NCBI GenBank assembly: GCA_965277285.1
Contig: OZ255721.1
Span: forward strand, 1,152,001 to 1,216,000
Length of the DNA stretch: 64,000 bases
Direction of reading: 5' to 3'
Origin: Abditibacteriaceae bacterium
GTDB taxonomy: Bacteria; Armatimonadota; Abditibacteriia; Abditibacteriales; Abditibacteriaceae
Shown here: positions 51,242 through 61,388 of the stretch, piece after piece
Position numbering within the stretch: position 1 is the stretch's first letter
Layout: each line of letters begins with the position of its first letter
Notes under the pieces: model-generated
Told to the model about the DNA's origin: nothing
The model's database searches: none
The model's input: only the letters and a program-made list of their open reading frames with translations
Program-made: the position numbers and the translations under genes

Positions 51242-52678
51242 ATGAAAATTACGCTTGTCAGTTCGCTCATCCTTTGTCTTGGCGCGCCGTTGCTTTGTTC
51301 GTGCCGCTTGACACCAGCGAAGACAGAACCGACAAACATAGCACCAACGAAAACGGCATCAATCGGTTTGGCCGACGATGCACTGATTCGGGAATCGAAT
51401 TACATCGCGGACGCGTCTTTCACGGAACAGGCGACCAATCACGGCGCGGTTCACGTTGCGGATCAAGCGTATGGCGCGATCAACGATGTGCGCATTGCGC
51501 AGTCGGGCGCCGATTGGGTGCGCCCGGGCGAAGGCGCTGTTGCTTCCATCGGGCTGATGGCGGCGGCCAAACAATTGAAAGCGACCGGCCACAACATCGG
51601 CAAATACGACCGCGTGCTGGACGCGTTTTTTCAAACCTGGCTTTTATCGCGCAAGCAGTCCGTCGATACTAAATCTGGCGACGCCGATTACGGAGGCATC
51701 ACGGAGCGGATTTATTATGATACCGCGGGCCGCAGACTTCGCGTTGATAATTTCACGGTGGCTGTGACCGGCCAGATGATTAGCGCGATGTGGAAGTATT
51801 ACGAATACAAAAAGGCGATTGGCCAAACCGCGACCGCCAACGCCTGGCTGCAAAATGCCTGGAGCTTGGCAGATAACGGCGGCCAGTTCATCAACAAGTG
51901 CTATAACCCGACCTACAAAATGGTCAAAGCGAATGCGGGCGCGTCCGATTTGTGGCTCAGCGACAGCACGATGGCATTGGTAGCAATGCGTTGTCTAAAC
52001 AAATGGGCTTCCACTGCGAAGAAAACCCAATCGTTCGATTACAACGCTTTGGCGGACAACCTCGCAACAGGTTTACAAAACATGAAAGACCCGGGCGCCA
52101 AATGGCACAACTTTTATAAGGTTCGCTTGCGTTCTGAAAATTATAAAGCGGGCTACGGCGACAGCGTGGATCAACTTTGCTTTTTGCCTTACGAAACGAA
52201 CGCTCTCGATCCCGGCGAAAATTACGCGCGCCAAATCAGCGATTGGTGGACAAACGGCGTCGATGAACTAAAAATGACGCCGCAGACGACGGACAGCAGC
52301 GATTGGCAATATTATGGCACGCGATGGCATTGGTTCTGGTCAGGTTCGCCGGACAACAGCAAACTTTATCCTGGCCCGGGTCTGCAACTCGCCAAGATCG
52401 AATGGAAATTTTTCAACAAAACCGGCGACACGACCGCTAAAGAGCGAGCGATCAAGCGTTATCAATGGGCCGCATCGAAGGATTATTCCGACCTTTGGCT
52501 GGGCGCCAATGGCGTTGTCGAATCCGGTGTTCCTAACGGCGTCATGGACTGGCGCGACTCGGACAACCGAGCTAACACAGCGGGTCAATGGGAAAGATTC
52601 GTTGATACGAGCGCTTATTTTATCGAAGTCACACTGATGGTCAATTACAACACCGACACCAAATACGTTCCCGATTGA
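51242..52678 (+). CDS. Secreted/lipoprotein, possible alpha/alpha-barrel carbohydrate-active enzyme
   Basis: Signal peptide with Cys; Trp/Tyr/Asp-rich and helical. Function is inferred from composition and context only. Confidence 0.6.
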   Translation: MKITLVSSLILCLGAPLLCSCRLTPAKTEPTNIAPTKTASIGLADDALIRESNYIADASFTEQATNHGAVHVADQAYGAINDVRIAQSGADWVRPGEGAVASIGLMAAAKQLKATGHNIGKYDRVLDAFFQTWLLSRKQSVDTKSGDADYGGITERIYYDTAGRRLRVDNFTVAVTGQMISAMWKYYEYKKAIGQTATANAWLQNAWSLADNGGQFINKCYNPTYKMVKANAGASDLWLSDSTMALVAMRCLNKWASTAKKTQSFDYNALADNLATGLQNMKDPGAKWHNFYKVRLRSENYKAGYGDSVDQLCFLPYETNALDPGENYARQISDWWTNGVDELKMTPQTTDSSDWQYYGTRWHWFWSGSPDNSKLYPGPGLQLAKIEWKFFNKTGDTTAKERAIKRYQWAASKDYSDLWLGANGVVESGVPNGVMDWRDSDNRANTAGQWERFVDTSAYFIEVTLMVNYNTDTKYVPD

Positions 52679-52762
52679 AAGGTCGCGCAAGAATCCTCAC
52701 GTCAAATTCACTTGTACAAAGAACGTAAAAACGAATCGAGTACTCGATATATCATTTAGCTT

Positions 52763-53116
52763 ATGGAAAAGTTGCAACACGAAGCCGCAAAGTTGGGAAT
52801 TGGGCAGCACGAGCGACATATTTTTTTGTGCGTCGGGCCGGATTGTTGTAGCGAAAAAGTTGGTCTCGAAACGTGGGCGTGTCTCAAAAACCGCCTGAAA
52901 GAATTGAAGCTCACAGGTTCAATTTATCGCACCAAAGCGGCGTGTTTGCGCTTGTGCACCAACGGCCCAATCGCCGTCGTTTATCCCGAAGGAACGTGGT
53001 ACCACAACGTTTCGCCCGCACGCTGCGAGGAAATTATTCAGCGTCATCTGATTGGTGGCGAACCGCTTGTCGAATACGCATTCGCGCAGGCGCCACTCAA
53101 AGAAAATGATGAATAA
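52763..53116 (+). CDS. Thioredoxin-like [2Fe-2S] ferredoxin
   Basis: [30 protein letters not shown]. Confidence 0.9.
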   Translation: MEKLQHEAAKLGIGQHERHIFLCVGPDCCSEKVGLETWACLKNRLKELKLTGSIYRTKAACLRLCTNGPIAVVYPEGTWYHNVSPARCEEIIQRHLIGGEPLVEYAFAQAPLKENDE

Positions 53117-53157
53117 GGAATACGGAATGATGAATATCGAGTACTCGAAAGTAATAC

Positions 53158-53225
53158 TTTGTCATTCTGAGCGCAACGAAGAATCTAACTGAACGTAGAT
53201 TCTTCGCTGCGCTCAGAATGACAAA
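53158..53225. repeat. REP-like inverted repeat, family B
   Basis: 30-bp arms with one mismatch, between convergent genes and flanked by atgatgaat / attcatcat heptamer repeats. Confidence 0.88.
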
Positions 53226-53266
53226 CTTGGAGTTTTGATTAACATTCATCATTCATCATTCCTTAT

Positions 53267-53875
53267 TTACGTTCTCAAGAACCCGCTGAGGAAGAACACC
53301 AAACCAATCGCGCCGACGGCGAGGCTGAGGTACCACATTGGCCGCCGTCGCGTGAGAGCAGCAATTGCGGACAGCGCGATGGCGACTTGCGTAAAAGTCA
53401 CGCAATACGCGAAAATGTGATGCTTTTTCATCAAGTCGTTGGTTTCGCCATCTTTTTCCTCACGCTCTTTTTCCAGCTTTCCGGCTTCGGTTTGCAGGTC
53501 GCCCTGCTCTTTTGTATAGCGCGCCGCTTCGGTCTTGTAGCGCGACGCTGCGCTGGCTCCCGCCGGATTCAGCGCCAAAATCGCGGCGGTTTGTTGCGCA
53601 CCATTCGCCTTGATGCCTTTGGCCTGATAATACGCCCACGTATCGGAGGCTTGCGCTTGTTTCAAGATCGATTCGTTTTTCTGCACCAGCGCTTCGTTCA
53701 CCAGCGAACCCGATTGTAACGCCGCGACTGCTGCGATGACGGCGAAAATCGCGGTCGACAGCGAAATCCAACGTGTCCAGGCGCTTTCGTGTTTTTCAGG
53801 AGTTTCGGCGCGCTCGTGCGCTTCATCCAAACGCTCCTGATCTTCGCGCACTTCGATTTCAGTTTCTTCAGGCAT
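53267..53875 (-). CDS. DUF4337-family membrane protein
   Basis: STAIFAVIAAVA, QASDTWAYYQAKGIK, QVAIALSAIAALT. Confidence 0.8.
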   Translation of the reverse strand: MPEETEIEVREDQERLDEAHERAETPEKHESAWTRWISLSTAIFAVIAAVAALQSGSLVNEALVQKNESILKQAQASDTWAYYQAKGIKANGAQQTAAILALNPAGASAASRYKTEAARYTKEQGDLQTEAGKLEKEREEKDGETNDLMKKHHIFAYCVTFTQVAIALSAIAALTRRRPMWYLSLAVGAIGLVFFLSGFLRT

Positions 53876-53987
53876 AAGTAATAAGGGATCAATGATGTAA
53901 AGATGAGGGATGAAGAATCGAGTACTCGATTCAGGAACTGTGTCGTTCGAGTCCGCTGCTTTTTCTTCATCCTTCATCTCTCATGAT

Positions 53988-54488
53988 TCATCCTTGTGGA
54001 ACTGGCATTCCCATGCCGTTGTAAATGCTTTCGATCAGTTTCTGGTTGGTTTTCGCTTCGACGTTTGTCGGATCGGCTTTCAGGGCAGCGCGATAATCAG
54101 CCAAAGCCGCGCGATATTTGATGCGAGGCGAAGCGGGTTGATCGTTCATGCGCAAAGTGCCACGTTCGGCGAGCACTTGCGCCAACTTCTTTTTGTCACT
54201 GCCTTTTTGAAGAGTTGCGATTTGCGCGTCCAAGTCTTTGGTCGACGTGAGCGTCATGTTGGTGCCCATCGACATTCCAGGCGGAACTTGCGGCATTTTG
54301 ACGCTGGGCGCAGCTGCATTTCCACCACTTGAAACGTTCTGATTGGCGATAAACGGCGTGGCCACACCCGCGACGGGCGAAGAAAGCTTGGCATTCGACG
54401 AAGTGGAATTTGTGTCAACTGGCGGCGCAATGTTGCTTGAGCAACCAGCGGCGAAAAGAACGGGCAAAGCGAAAAGATAACGTTTCAT
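53988..54488 (-). CDS. Lipoprotein with a TPR-like C-terminus
   Basis: MKRYLFALPVLFAAGC lipobox; KYRAALADYRAALKADPTN. Confidence 0.75.
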   Translation of the reverse strand: MKRYLFALPVLFAAGCSSNIAPPVDTNSTSSNAKLSSPVAGVATPFIANQNVSSGGNAAAPSVKMPQVPPGMSMGTNMTLTSTKDLDAQIATLQKGSDKKKLAQVLAERGTLRMNDQPASPRIKYRAALADYRAALKADPTNVEAKTNQKLIESIYNGMGMPVPQG

Positions 54489-55012
54489 AAGGTTTGAGAA
54501 GTGTTGCGCGTGCGAAAAAATGTCCACAAAGACAACAAAAATAAAGCCGTCGTGACGGCGTGCGTGCTCAGGCAAATCGGGCAGAACTTGCCCAACTGCG
54601 TTTTAGAAATCACGGTTAAAACAATCGAAGTCGCAATTCCGCAAGTTGCGAACGCCAGTTGCAGCAAACGCGCGCGTCGCTCGTCTTGACGTTGCGTTGC
54701 AGTGTTTTCTTTCCAGGTCGTAGTCAGCGCCATCAAGACGAAAAACACCATGCCCCAGATGCCCAGCGGAATGTGCAGAAACTCGGCGTACTGGCTGCCC
54801 AAAACGGGCGCGCAATCGAAGGTTTCGGTAAACCCGCAACCCGCATCGCCACCCGCCTTGATTTGTAGATGCTTCACGAGTGCATACGCCGAAGTCGCCA
54901 TTCCCGCCGCGCACAACACCAGATGCGGCCACGAAACGCGCGTTCGAGTACTCGATTGCGAATGTGAAATACTCTTTGTTTTAATTGTGGCCGCTGTTTT
55001 TGAAGGTTGCAT
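54485..55012 (-). CDS. Vitamin K epoxide reductase (VKOR) family protein
   Basis: C......DC..VL.S.YA and CPIC motif; TM helices. Confidence 0.88.
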   Translation of the reverse strand: MQPSKTAATIKTKSISHSQSSTRTRVSWPHLVLCAAGMATSAYALVKHLQIKAGGDAGCGFTETFDCAPVLGSQYAEFLHIPLGIWGMVFFVLMALTTTWKENTATQRQDERRARLLQLAFATCGIATSIVLTVISKTQLGKFCPICLSTHAVTTALFLLSLWTFFRTRNTSQTL

Positions 55013-55030
55013 GGGCTTGATTAAAAATGA

Positions 55031-56050
55031 TCACACGATAATCGCGTGTCCAAGAAATCCCAGAATATAAAACGTGAAAGTCGCCAACCTTTGGCCTTTC
55101 TGGTCGAAGTCAACAACGATTTGAGTTGTTGTCGCGCTCCGCCTGACAACTTGAGCGTTGACACCTTCCTGAGGGTTAATCCAAAGCTGTTTCATCTGTG
55201 CGAGAGCGTCCTTACTCTTTGAGAAGTAGTGGATAGAAGCTTTGCGAGATTGTCGCGGGTTAAAGCTTAAAGTGGTACCTGTGAAGCCTTCGTCGCCTAT
55301 GCCAAAAACACTGGCGTATCTTTGAGTACTCCTACCTTGATTCAAGTTGCACACCGCCCAATATTGCGCGTTTCGATCCACGTATTTCCATTGAGGCAGA
55401 GAATTGGAAAGAGCGCGAGCGCTTGGTTTGTGCCGCATTCTCAACAACACACTTTCCAGATAAGAACGATTGGTCGCAACGAGAAAAACGTCCTTGGCTG
55501 GACACGCGACGTAACGCTTCCAAATATCCTGTTCCTGCTTATTTTCATAAACAAGTACTTGTTGTCCGGCAAGGGTAATTCTTTGCTTTGCCTTTGCAGA
55601 AAGTGCCTTAAAAACAGAATTCAAAGGCTTTTGCGCGTTCTCTTTCACAAGTAAAATGCTGCAACCTTCATACGGCGTCATGCCCAAGTCCTTTGGAAGA
55701 CTCACTTTGCGGCTGCCTTCCATCGACAACAAGATCGTTTGATCTTGCAATTCTTTGACGAAACCGCCAGCTTGCATACTGGAAAAAGTCCAGTGGAAGT
55801 TCTGGAAATCGCGCTCCGTCGCAGGTTTGCGATAATCCTGCGGCCTTGATTGCAACTCTTGTGTTTTTATCAGAAACGGCCCGCGTGACACCAACAATGT
55901 TTCCGTATCTTGTGGCAACCACCACAAAACCTGGTCTATTGTAGGCGTTTGTTGGCGCGTCGAATTTAGCGCCGCAAAAGCCGAATGGTAACCAGTAACC
56001 AAAAGCAAAGCAAGGCACAAGAGCCATCTACCGAAATAAAAACGCTGCAT
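55031..56050 (-). CDS. Secreted hypothetical protein
   Basis: Signal peptide; 339-aa open frame. Confidence 0.6.
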   Translation of the reverse strand: MQRFYFGRWLLCLALLLVTGYHSAFAALNSTRQQTPTIDQVLWWLPQDTETLLVSRGPFLIKTQELQSRPQDYRKPATERDFQNFHWTFSSMQAGGFVKELQDQTILLSMEGSRKVSLPKDLGMTPYEGCSILLVKENAQKPLNSVFKALSAKAKQRITLAGQQVLVYENKQEQDIWKRYVACPAKDVFLVATNRSYLESVLLRMRHKPSARALSNSLPQWKYVDRNAQYWAVCNLNQGRSTQRYASVFGIGDEGFTGTTLSFNPRQSRKASIHYFSKSKDALAQMKQLWINPQEGVNAQVVRRSATTTQIVVDFDQKGQRLATFTFYILGFLGHAIIV

Positions 56051-56065
56051 AGATTTTCTTGGCGC

Positions 56066-57781
56066 TTACAAATTGGCGTCTGTCACGGCGCCCAAATGCG
56101 CGCTCGTCACTTGCGCGGCGTATTTCGCCAGCACGCCGCGCGTATAACGTGGCGCGGGTTGTTTCCATTCGGCGCGACGACGTGCGATTTCCGCTTCGTC
56201 CACATCGAGCGTGAGAACTTTCTTTTCGGCGTCGATAGTAATTGAATCGCCGTCTTCAATCAGCGCGATGCCGCCGCCGTCGAAGGCTTCGGGCGTGACG
56301 TGGCCGACCACGAAACCGTGACTACCGCCGCTGAAACGCCCGTCGGTAATCAAGGCGACTTCTTTGCCCAAACCGCGACCCATCACAGCGGACGTTGGCC
56401 CCAGCATTTCGCGCATTCCCGGCCCACCACGCGGCCCTTCATAACGAATAACGATCACATCGCCGGACGTAATTGTTCCGTCAAGAATGCGATCCATGGC
56501 GTTTTCTTCGGAATTATAAACGCGCGCCGTGCCCTGAAAACGCAAGCCTTCCTTGCCAGAAATCTTCGCCACCGCGCCCGTTTCTGCCAGATTACCGTAA
56601 AGTACGACAAGGTGAGAATCGGCTTTAATCGGGTTATCGAGTACTCGAATCACGGTTTGATCTGTGGGATAAGGCTGCACGTCTTGCAAATTTTCCGCGA
56701 TAGTTTTTCCAGTCACGGTCAGGCAATCGCCGTGCAAAAGTCCGGCATCCAAAAGCGTTTTCATCAACGGTTTCAAGCCGCCGATTTTCACCAGGTCGGA
56801 CATCATGTGCTTGCCGCTGGGTTTCAAATCGGCCAAAACCGGAACGTTTTTGCCGACCTCGGAAAAGTCGTCGATGTTGAGCGGCACGTTGCAACTGTGC
56901 GCCATCGCCAGCAAGTGCAAAACCGCATTTGTCGAACCGCCCAGAGCGATCACAACCGTAATCGCGTTTTCAAATGCCTCGCGCGTCATAATGTCGAGAG
57001 GCCGAATGTTCTTCTCGATCAGGTTCAAGACGGTGGCTCCGGCGCGGCGACAATCGTCGTCTTTCTCCGGCGAAATGGCGGCTTGCGCGGAACTGTTCGG
57101 CAAGCTCATGCCCATCGCTTCAATCGCGCTCGCCATCGTGTTCGCGGTGTACATTCCGCCGCAGGAACCCGGGCCAGGAATCGCGCAGCTTTCGATTTGC
57201 AGCAATTCTTCGTCGTCGATGCGCTTGTTGGCGTGCGCGCCGACGGCTTCAAAAACCGAGACCACATCGACATCTTTGCCTTTGTGACAGCCCGGCATAA
57301 TCGTGCCGCCATAAACGAAAACAGAAGGCCGATTGAGGCGCGCCAGAGCCATCAGACAACCCGGCATATTTTTGTCGCAGCCGCCGATCGCCACCAGTCC
57401 GTCGAAGCCTTCGCAACCTGCCACGGTTTCGATGCTATCGGCGATGACTTCGCGCGACACCAGCGAATACTTCATGCCTTCGGTGCCCATCGAAATGCCG
57501 TCGGAAATGGTGATGGTGTTGAAAATTACGGCTTTGCCGCCGTTGTCATCGACACTTTTAGCGGCGTGATCGGCGAGTTTATTGATGTGCATATTGCACG
57601 GCGTCACCATGCTCCAGGTCGAAGCGATGCCGACTTGCGCTTTCTTGAAGTCTTCGGGCTTGAACCCAACGGCGTAAAGCATGGCGCGACTGGGCGCGCG
57701 GTCGGCACCATCGAAGACGGTTTTCGAGTACTCGCGGTGCGCCGGAGCGCTGGGATTTTGTGCGTTTTCTTGGAAGTTCAT
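56066..57781 (-). CDS. ilvD: Dihydroxy-acid dehydratase
   Basis: [42 protein letters not shown]. Confidence 0.97.
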   Translation of the reverse strand: MNFQENAQNPSAPAHREYSKTVFDGADRAPSRAMLYAVGFKPEDFKKAQVGIASTWSMVTPCNMHINKLADHAAKSVDDNGGKAVIFNTITISDGISMGTEGMKYSLVSREVIADSIETVAGCEGFDGLVAIGGCDKNMPGCLMALARLNRPSVFVYGGTIMPGCHKGKDVDVVSVFEAVGAHANKRIDDEELLQIESCAIPGPGSCGGMYTANTMASAIEAMGMSLPNSSAQAAISPEKDDDCRRAGATVLNLIEKNIRPLDIMTREAFENAITVVIALGGSTNAVLHLLAMAHSCNVPLNIDDFSEVGKNVPVLADLKPSGKHMMSDLVKIGGLKPLMKTLLDAGLLHGDCLTVTGKTIAENLQDVQPYPTDQTVIRVLDNPIKADSHLVVLYGNLAETGAVAKISGKEGLRFQGTARVYNSEENAMDRILDGTITSGDVIVIRYEGPRGGPGMREMLGPTSAVMGRGLGKEVALITDGRFSGGSHGFVVGHVTPEAFDGGGIALIEDGDSITIDAEKKVLTLDVDEAEIARRRAEWKQPAPRYTRGVLAKYAAQVTSAHLGAVTDANL

Positions 57782-57814
57782 AAGAAAAGTTTTTCTCCAA
57801 AGTTAAGACAAAGT

Positions 57815-58396
57815 TTAGGCGAAGCTGCGTGGATCGGGCAAAGGCGCGCGGACAGGTTCGTTGCGCGTTCGACCCCAATAAGATAAGGCGGTTTGCAGGA
57901 AGTTTTGCATTTCCTGCGGCGAAGCAAAACTGCGTTTGGGAAGAATGATGGCGCTACGCGTATCGAGAAACAAGAACAGATGTTCTTTGCCTTCGACGAC
58001 GTTGAGGATAGCGCGCCACGACGTGACGGATCTGCTGTTTTCGTCTTCGCTGTAAATAAAATCTGGTTGCAAATCAATGGTGCGCGGTCGCGTCAGGTTG
58101 CCGACAGTTTCCCATTCCATATTTTTCTGACGACGAAACACCTTCAGAAAAATAAAGAGCATTATCAACGGCAGGAACAAAGGCACGAGGGAGCGCAAAA
58201 GCGCCAGCGGCGTGCCGCGCGTTACGGTGTCCACTGGCCAAATGACTCGCCAGAGAAACGGCCACAAGAAAGCGAACCCAAAGCACGCGCCGAGATAAAT
58301 CCACAGCGAGTATTTGCCGCGCACGCCCTGCTGCTTGTTGGCGTATTTCTGCGCCGCAAACAAATCGGCGCCTTGAAGCGAATAAGAAATCTGCAT
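57815..58396 (-). CDS. YcxB-family membrane protein (paralog 3)
   Basis: Two TM helices, then W..I..V.E...HLFL......ILPKRSF. Confidence 0.75.
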   Translation of the reverse strand: MQISYSLQGADLFAAQKYANKQQGVRGKYSLWIYLGACFGFAFLWPFLWRVIWPVDTVTRGTPLALLRSLVPLFLPLIMLFIFLKVFRRQKNMEWETVGNLTRPRTIDLQPDFIYSEDENSRSVTSWRAILNVVEGKEHLFLFLDTRSAIILPKRSFASPQEMQNFLQTALSYWGRTRNEPVRAPLPDPRSFA

Positions 58397-58402
58397 AGAT
58401 AA

Positions 58403-59017
58403 TTAGTCTACCGGCTCGGGCAGCGGCGGCTGGAGTTCGCACGGATGTTCTCGTTCCCAGAACGTCGCAGCTGTTCGATAGAAATTTTGCGCCCCTTCAT
58501 CGGAACCGAAGGCGCTTTTCGGAATCGCGTGTCCGCTGGAAGCCGTCGTCAGCAGAAAAATGTAGGTTTCGTTTTCGCCGACTTCGTGTAACGCTTGCCA
58601 ATTCATTTGCGAATCGTTGAAAGCTGTCACGACGTGCAGATTTTCCGGTGTGATTTCAATGGTGCGCGGCTGGCGCAGTTCATCGTTTTCCTGAAAATCT
58701 TTGGCGCGCTGACGCTTGTTTTTCCAGACAACACAGACGAAAATCGGTGGAAATAACCAGATTGGCATCATTGTAGACATCAGCATTGAAAGCCAGTGGT
58801 GCTGCAAGCGCATCATCCATAACATACGTTGAAACGGCGACATCCGCCAATACGGAATTGCGATGAGGAGGATTGGGAATAGAAAATATGCACTCAACGC
58901 TGCCCAGACGACTTTGCGGCTTTTGCGCTCGATGAACGCGACCAGAGCGACCTGGTCTTGCGGCTGCAGCGCATAAGTCACAGACGATCGAGTACTCGAT
59001 GCTTGTATGTAAGTCAT
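58403..59017 (-). CDS. YcxB-family membrane protein (paralog 2)
   Basis: Same layout; W...HEVGE...YIFL...IPKSAF. Confidence 0.75.
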   Translation of the reverse strand: MTYIQASSTRSSVTYALQPQDQVALVAFIERKSRKVVWAALSAYFLFPILLIAIPYWRMSPFQRMLWMMRLQHHWLSMLMSTMMPIWLFPPIFVCVVWKNKRQRAKDFQENDELRQPRTIEITPENLHVVTAFNDSQMNWQALHEVGENETYIFLLTTASSGHAIPKSAFGSDEGAQNFYRTAATFWEREHPCELQPPLPEPVD

Positions 59018-59019
59018 TG

Positions 59020-59568
59020 TTAGTGCGCACTTTTCCAGTAATTTGTGGCGTTTTGCGCGAAAGTCGTCGCGTCCTCTTCGCTGGCAAAAGCGCGTTTAGG
59101 AACGACGTGCGCTTGAGAAGGAGAAATCCACAGAAAAATGTGCGTTGCCGTTTCAACCACTTTGTTGATGCCTTGCCAGCGCGTCTTGACTTCACCAGTC
59201 GCGTCCTGATGGCGCAAATACTGCGGCGTGATTTCGGTCGTTTGCGGCTCCTTGAGTGCGGGTTCGGTCTCGAACAATTTGGCGCGATCCGATTTCGCTG
59301 ACCGCAAAACAATGACAAAGAAAATCGCAAACACAATCATCGGCAAAAACAATCCCAAAATCGAAGGTAGAGCCGAATCTTCGTGAGAAACGCGCCGAAC
59401 AACGTGATGCGGCGGCACAGGCATAAAACGCATGAAGACAAACGAAAGAATCAATATGACAACCGTCATTATCAAAACAGCCGGAATGAAACGAGCGCGC
59501 GCCGTTATCTGACTTCGTGTGTCAAACAGATTCAAGTCTTCCGGCTTCATTATATACGTGACTTGCAT
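59020..59568 (-). CDS. YcxB-family membrane protein (paralog 1)
   Basis: Same layout; WQGINKVVE...HIFL...VPKRAF. Confidence 0.75.
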   Translation of the reverse strand: MQVTYIMKPEDLNLFDTRSQITARARFIPAVLIMTVVILILSFVFMRFMPVPPHHVVRRVSHEDSALPSILGLFLPMIVFAIFFVIVLRSAKSDRAKLFETEPALKEPQTTEITPQYLRHQDATGEVKTRWQGINKVVETATHIFLWISPSQAHVVPKRAFASEEDATTFAQNATNYWKSAH

Positions 59569-59677
59569 TCGAGAACTCAATTGGTCTTTCTAAGGATGCG
59601 TGCAGTTTCGCGTGAAATGAGTGCTGTCGCAAGCATCCAAAGGCAATCGAGTACTCGAAAGCGGCGCGCTTGTTAAA

Positions 59678-61030
59678 ATGACCCCAATGAATCCCGATTC
59701 CTCCTCCAAAATCGTTTGCAAGTTCGGCGGCACCAGCCTGGCCGATGCGGTGCAAATTCGCAAAGTCGCGCAGATTGTTCAATCCGACCCGCGCCGCCGT
59801 TTCGTCGTTGTTTCCGCGCCTGGCAAGCGTTCCAAGAACGATCAGAAAGTGACTGATTTGCTGCTCACAAGCTGGCATTTGGCGTCGCAGCGATTGGATT
59901 ACAAAGAACCGATGCGGCTCGTCCGCGAACGTTATGACCAAATTGCGCGCGATCTTCATGTCGCGCCCGTTGCGGCGCCTTTGCTGGAAATGCAAAACGA
60001 ACTATCGAAACTGGCGGCGGGCGATCCGAAAAGTTTGGCGACGCGCGATTGGATGGCGGCGCGCGGCGAATACTTTCACGCCTGCCTGATCGCCGAGTTT
60101 TTGGGCGCGACGTTTGTTCCCAGCGGCGATTGCATTCGCTTCGATGACGAAGGCAATCTCGACAATATCAGCTACGACAATCTCGCGGCGCGCATGACCG
60201 GCGACGGTTTGTATGTCGTGCCGGGCTTTTATGGCCGCGACCAGGAAGGCCGCATCAAAACCTTTCCGCGCGGCGGCAGCGATATCACCGGCGCCGTCGT
60301 CGCACGCGCCGTTGGTGCGAGCGTTTACGAAAACTGGACGGATGTTTCCGGCTTGCTGATGGCCGATCCGCGTGTTGTCAAAAATCCGAAACCAATCGGC
60401 GAAGTGACTTACCGAGAACTGCGCGAATTGGCTTATGCGGGCGCCAGCGTGTTACACGATCAAACGATTTTTCCAGCCAGTGAAGCCGGTATTCCGATTC
60501 AAATCAAGAACACCAATGCACCAAACGACGAAGGAACGCGCATCGTCGCGCAACGCGCAGTTGGACAGGAATCGATTGTCGGCATTGCCGGGCGCGTTGG
60601 TTTCACCACGATTGTGATTGAAAAAGCCCTGATGAATCAGCAGCGCGGTTTTGGTCGTCGCGTTCTGGAAATGCTGGAAGCGCACAACGTTTCGTTCGAG
60701 CACATGCCGACGGCCATTGATTCGATGTCGGTCGTGGTTTCCGACGAGGAATTGCAAGGAAAAGAAAGCGCCATTGTGCGCGAACTCAATCGAGTACTCG
60801 AACCCGACAAAATCGAGCTTTATCCCGATTTGGCCTTGATTGCAACTGTGGGCGAAGGCATGGCATATCGCGTCGGCATCGCCGGCCAACTTTTCGGCGC
60901 CTTGCGCAATGCGAAAGTCAACGTGCGCATGATAACGCAGGGCGCCAGCGAAATCAGCATCATCGCGGGCGTCGCAGCGAACGATTACGAACGCGCCGTC
61001 GAAGCAATTTACGAAGAATTTGTGAAGTAA
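59678..61030 (+). CDS. Aspartate kinase
   Basis: KFGGTSLA, VVSAPGK, RGGSDITG, WTDVSG, two ACT domains. Confidence 0.95.
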   Translation: MTPMNPDSSSKIVCKFGGTSLADAVQIRKVAQIVQSDPRRRFVVVSAPGKRSKNDQKVTDLLLTSWHLASQRLDYKEPMRLVRERYDQIARDLHVAPVAAPLLEMQNELSKLAAGDPKSLATRDWMAARGEYFHACLIAEFLGATFVPSGDCIRFDDEGNLDNISYDNLAARMTGDGLYVVPGFYGRDQEGRIKTFPRGGSDITGAVVARAVGASVYENWTDVSGLLMADPRVVKNPKPIGEVTYRELRELAYAGASVLHDQTIFPASEAGIPIQIKNTNAPNDEGTRIVAQRAVGQESIVGIAGRVGFTTIVIEKALMNQQRGFGRRVLEMLEAHNVSFEHMPTAIDSMSVVVSDEELQGKESAIVRELNRVLEPDKIELYPDLALIATVGEGMAYRVGIAGQLFGALRNAKVNVRMITQGASEISIIAGVAANDYERAVEAIYEEFVK

Positions 61031-61117
61031 AGAATCCGGCCACAAGCAGCGGGATTTAACAACCGCTTCATTCACCGTGCGTTGGTGCTGCTCGGCTCCA
61101 TCATCGTAAACATTCTG

Positions 61118-61261
61118 CTGTGTCAGTCGCTGACTGTGTCAGTCGCTGACTGTGTCAGTCGCTGACTGTGTCAGTCGCTGACTGTGTCAGTCGCTGACTG
61201 TGTCAGTCGCTGACTGTGTCAGTCGCTGACTGTGTCAGTCGCTGACTGTGTCAGTCGCTGA
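61118..61261. repeat. Perfect tandem repeat (CTGTGTCAGTCGCTGA)x9
   Basis: Nine identical 16-bp units with no spacers. Confidence 0.95.
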
Positions 61262-61388
61262 TGGATGTGGCGGGTTTGCCGCTTGGAACCATCGCGCTTG
61301 TGTGGTGAGCCATTATTCTACAGCGTGCGTTTGGTCTTCGCGGGCCTATTTGCGATGAAGCGAAAACCTCGACCGCAGAGGAAAAGAT

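Noticed and set aside
33654..57886. Long antisense ORFs (33654-35027 and 56300-57886; also 20377-21423, 8153-9145, 17267-18247 and 62584-63420)
   Set aside because: They mirror well-supported genes on the opposite strand and carry no recognisable motifs.
61118..61261. Possible CRISPR array
   Set aside because: Units are contiguous with no spacers, only 16 bp long, and no cas genes are nearby.
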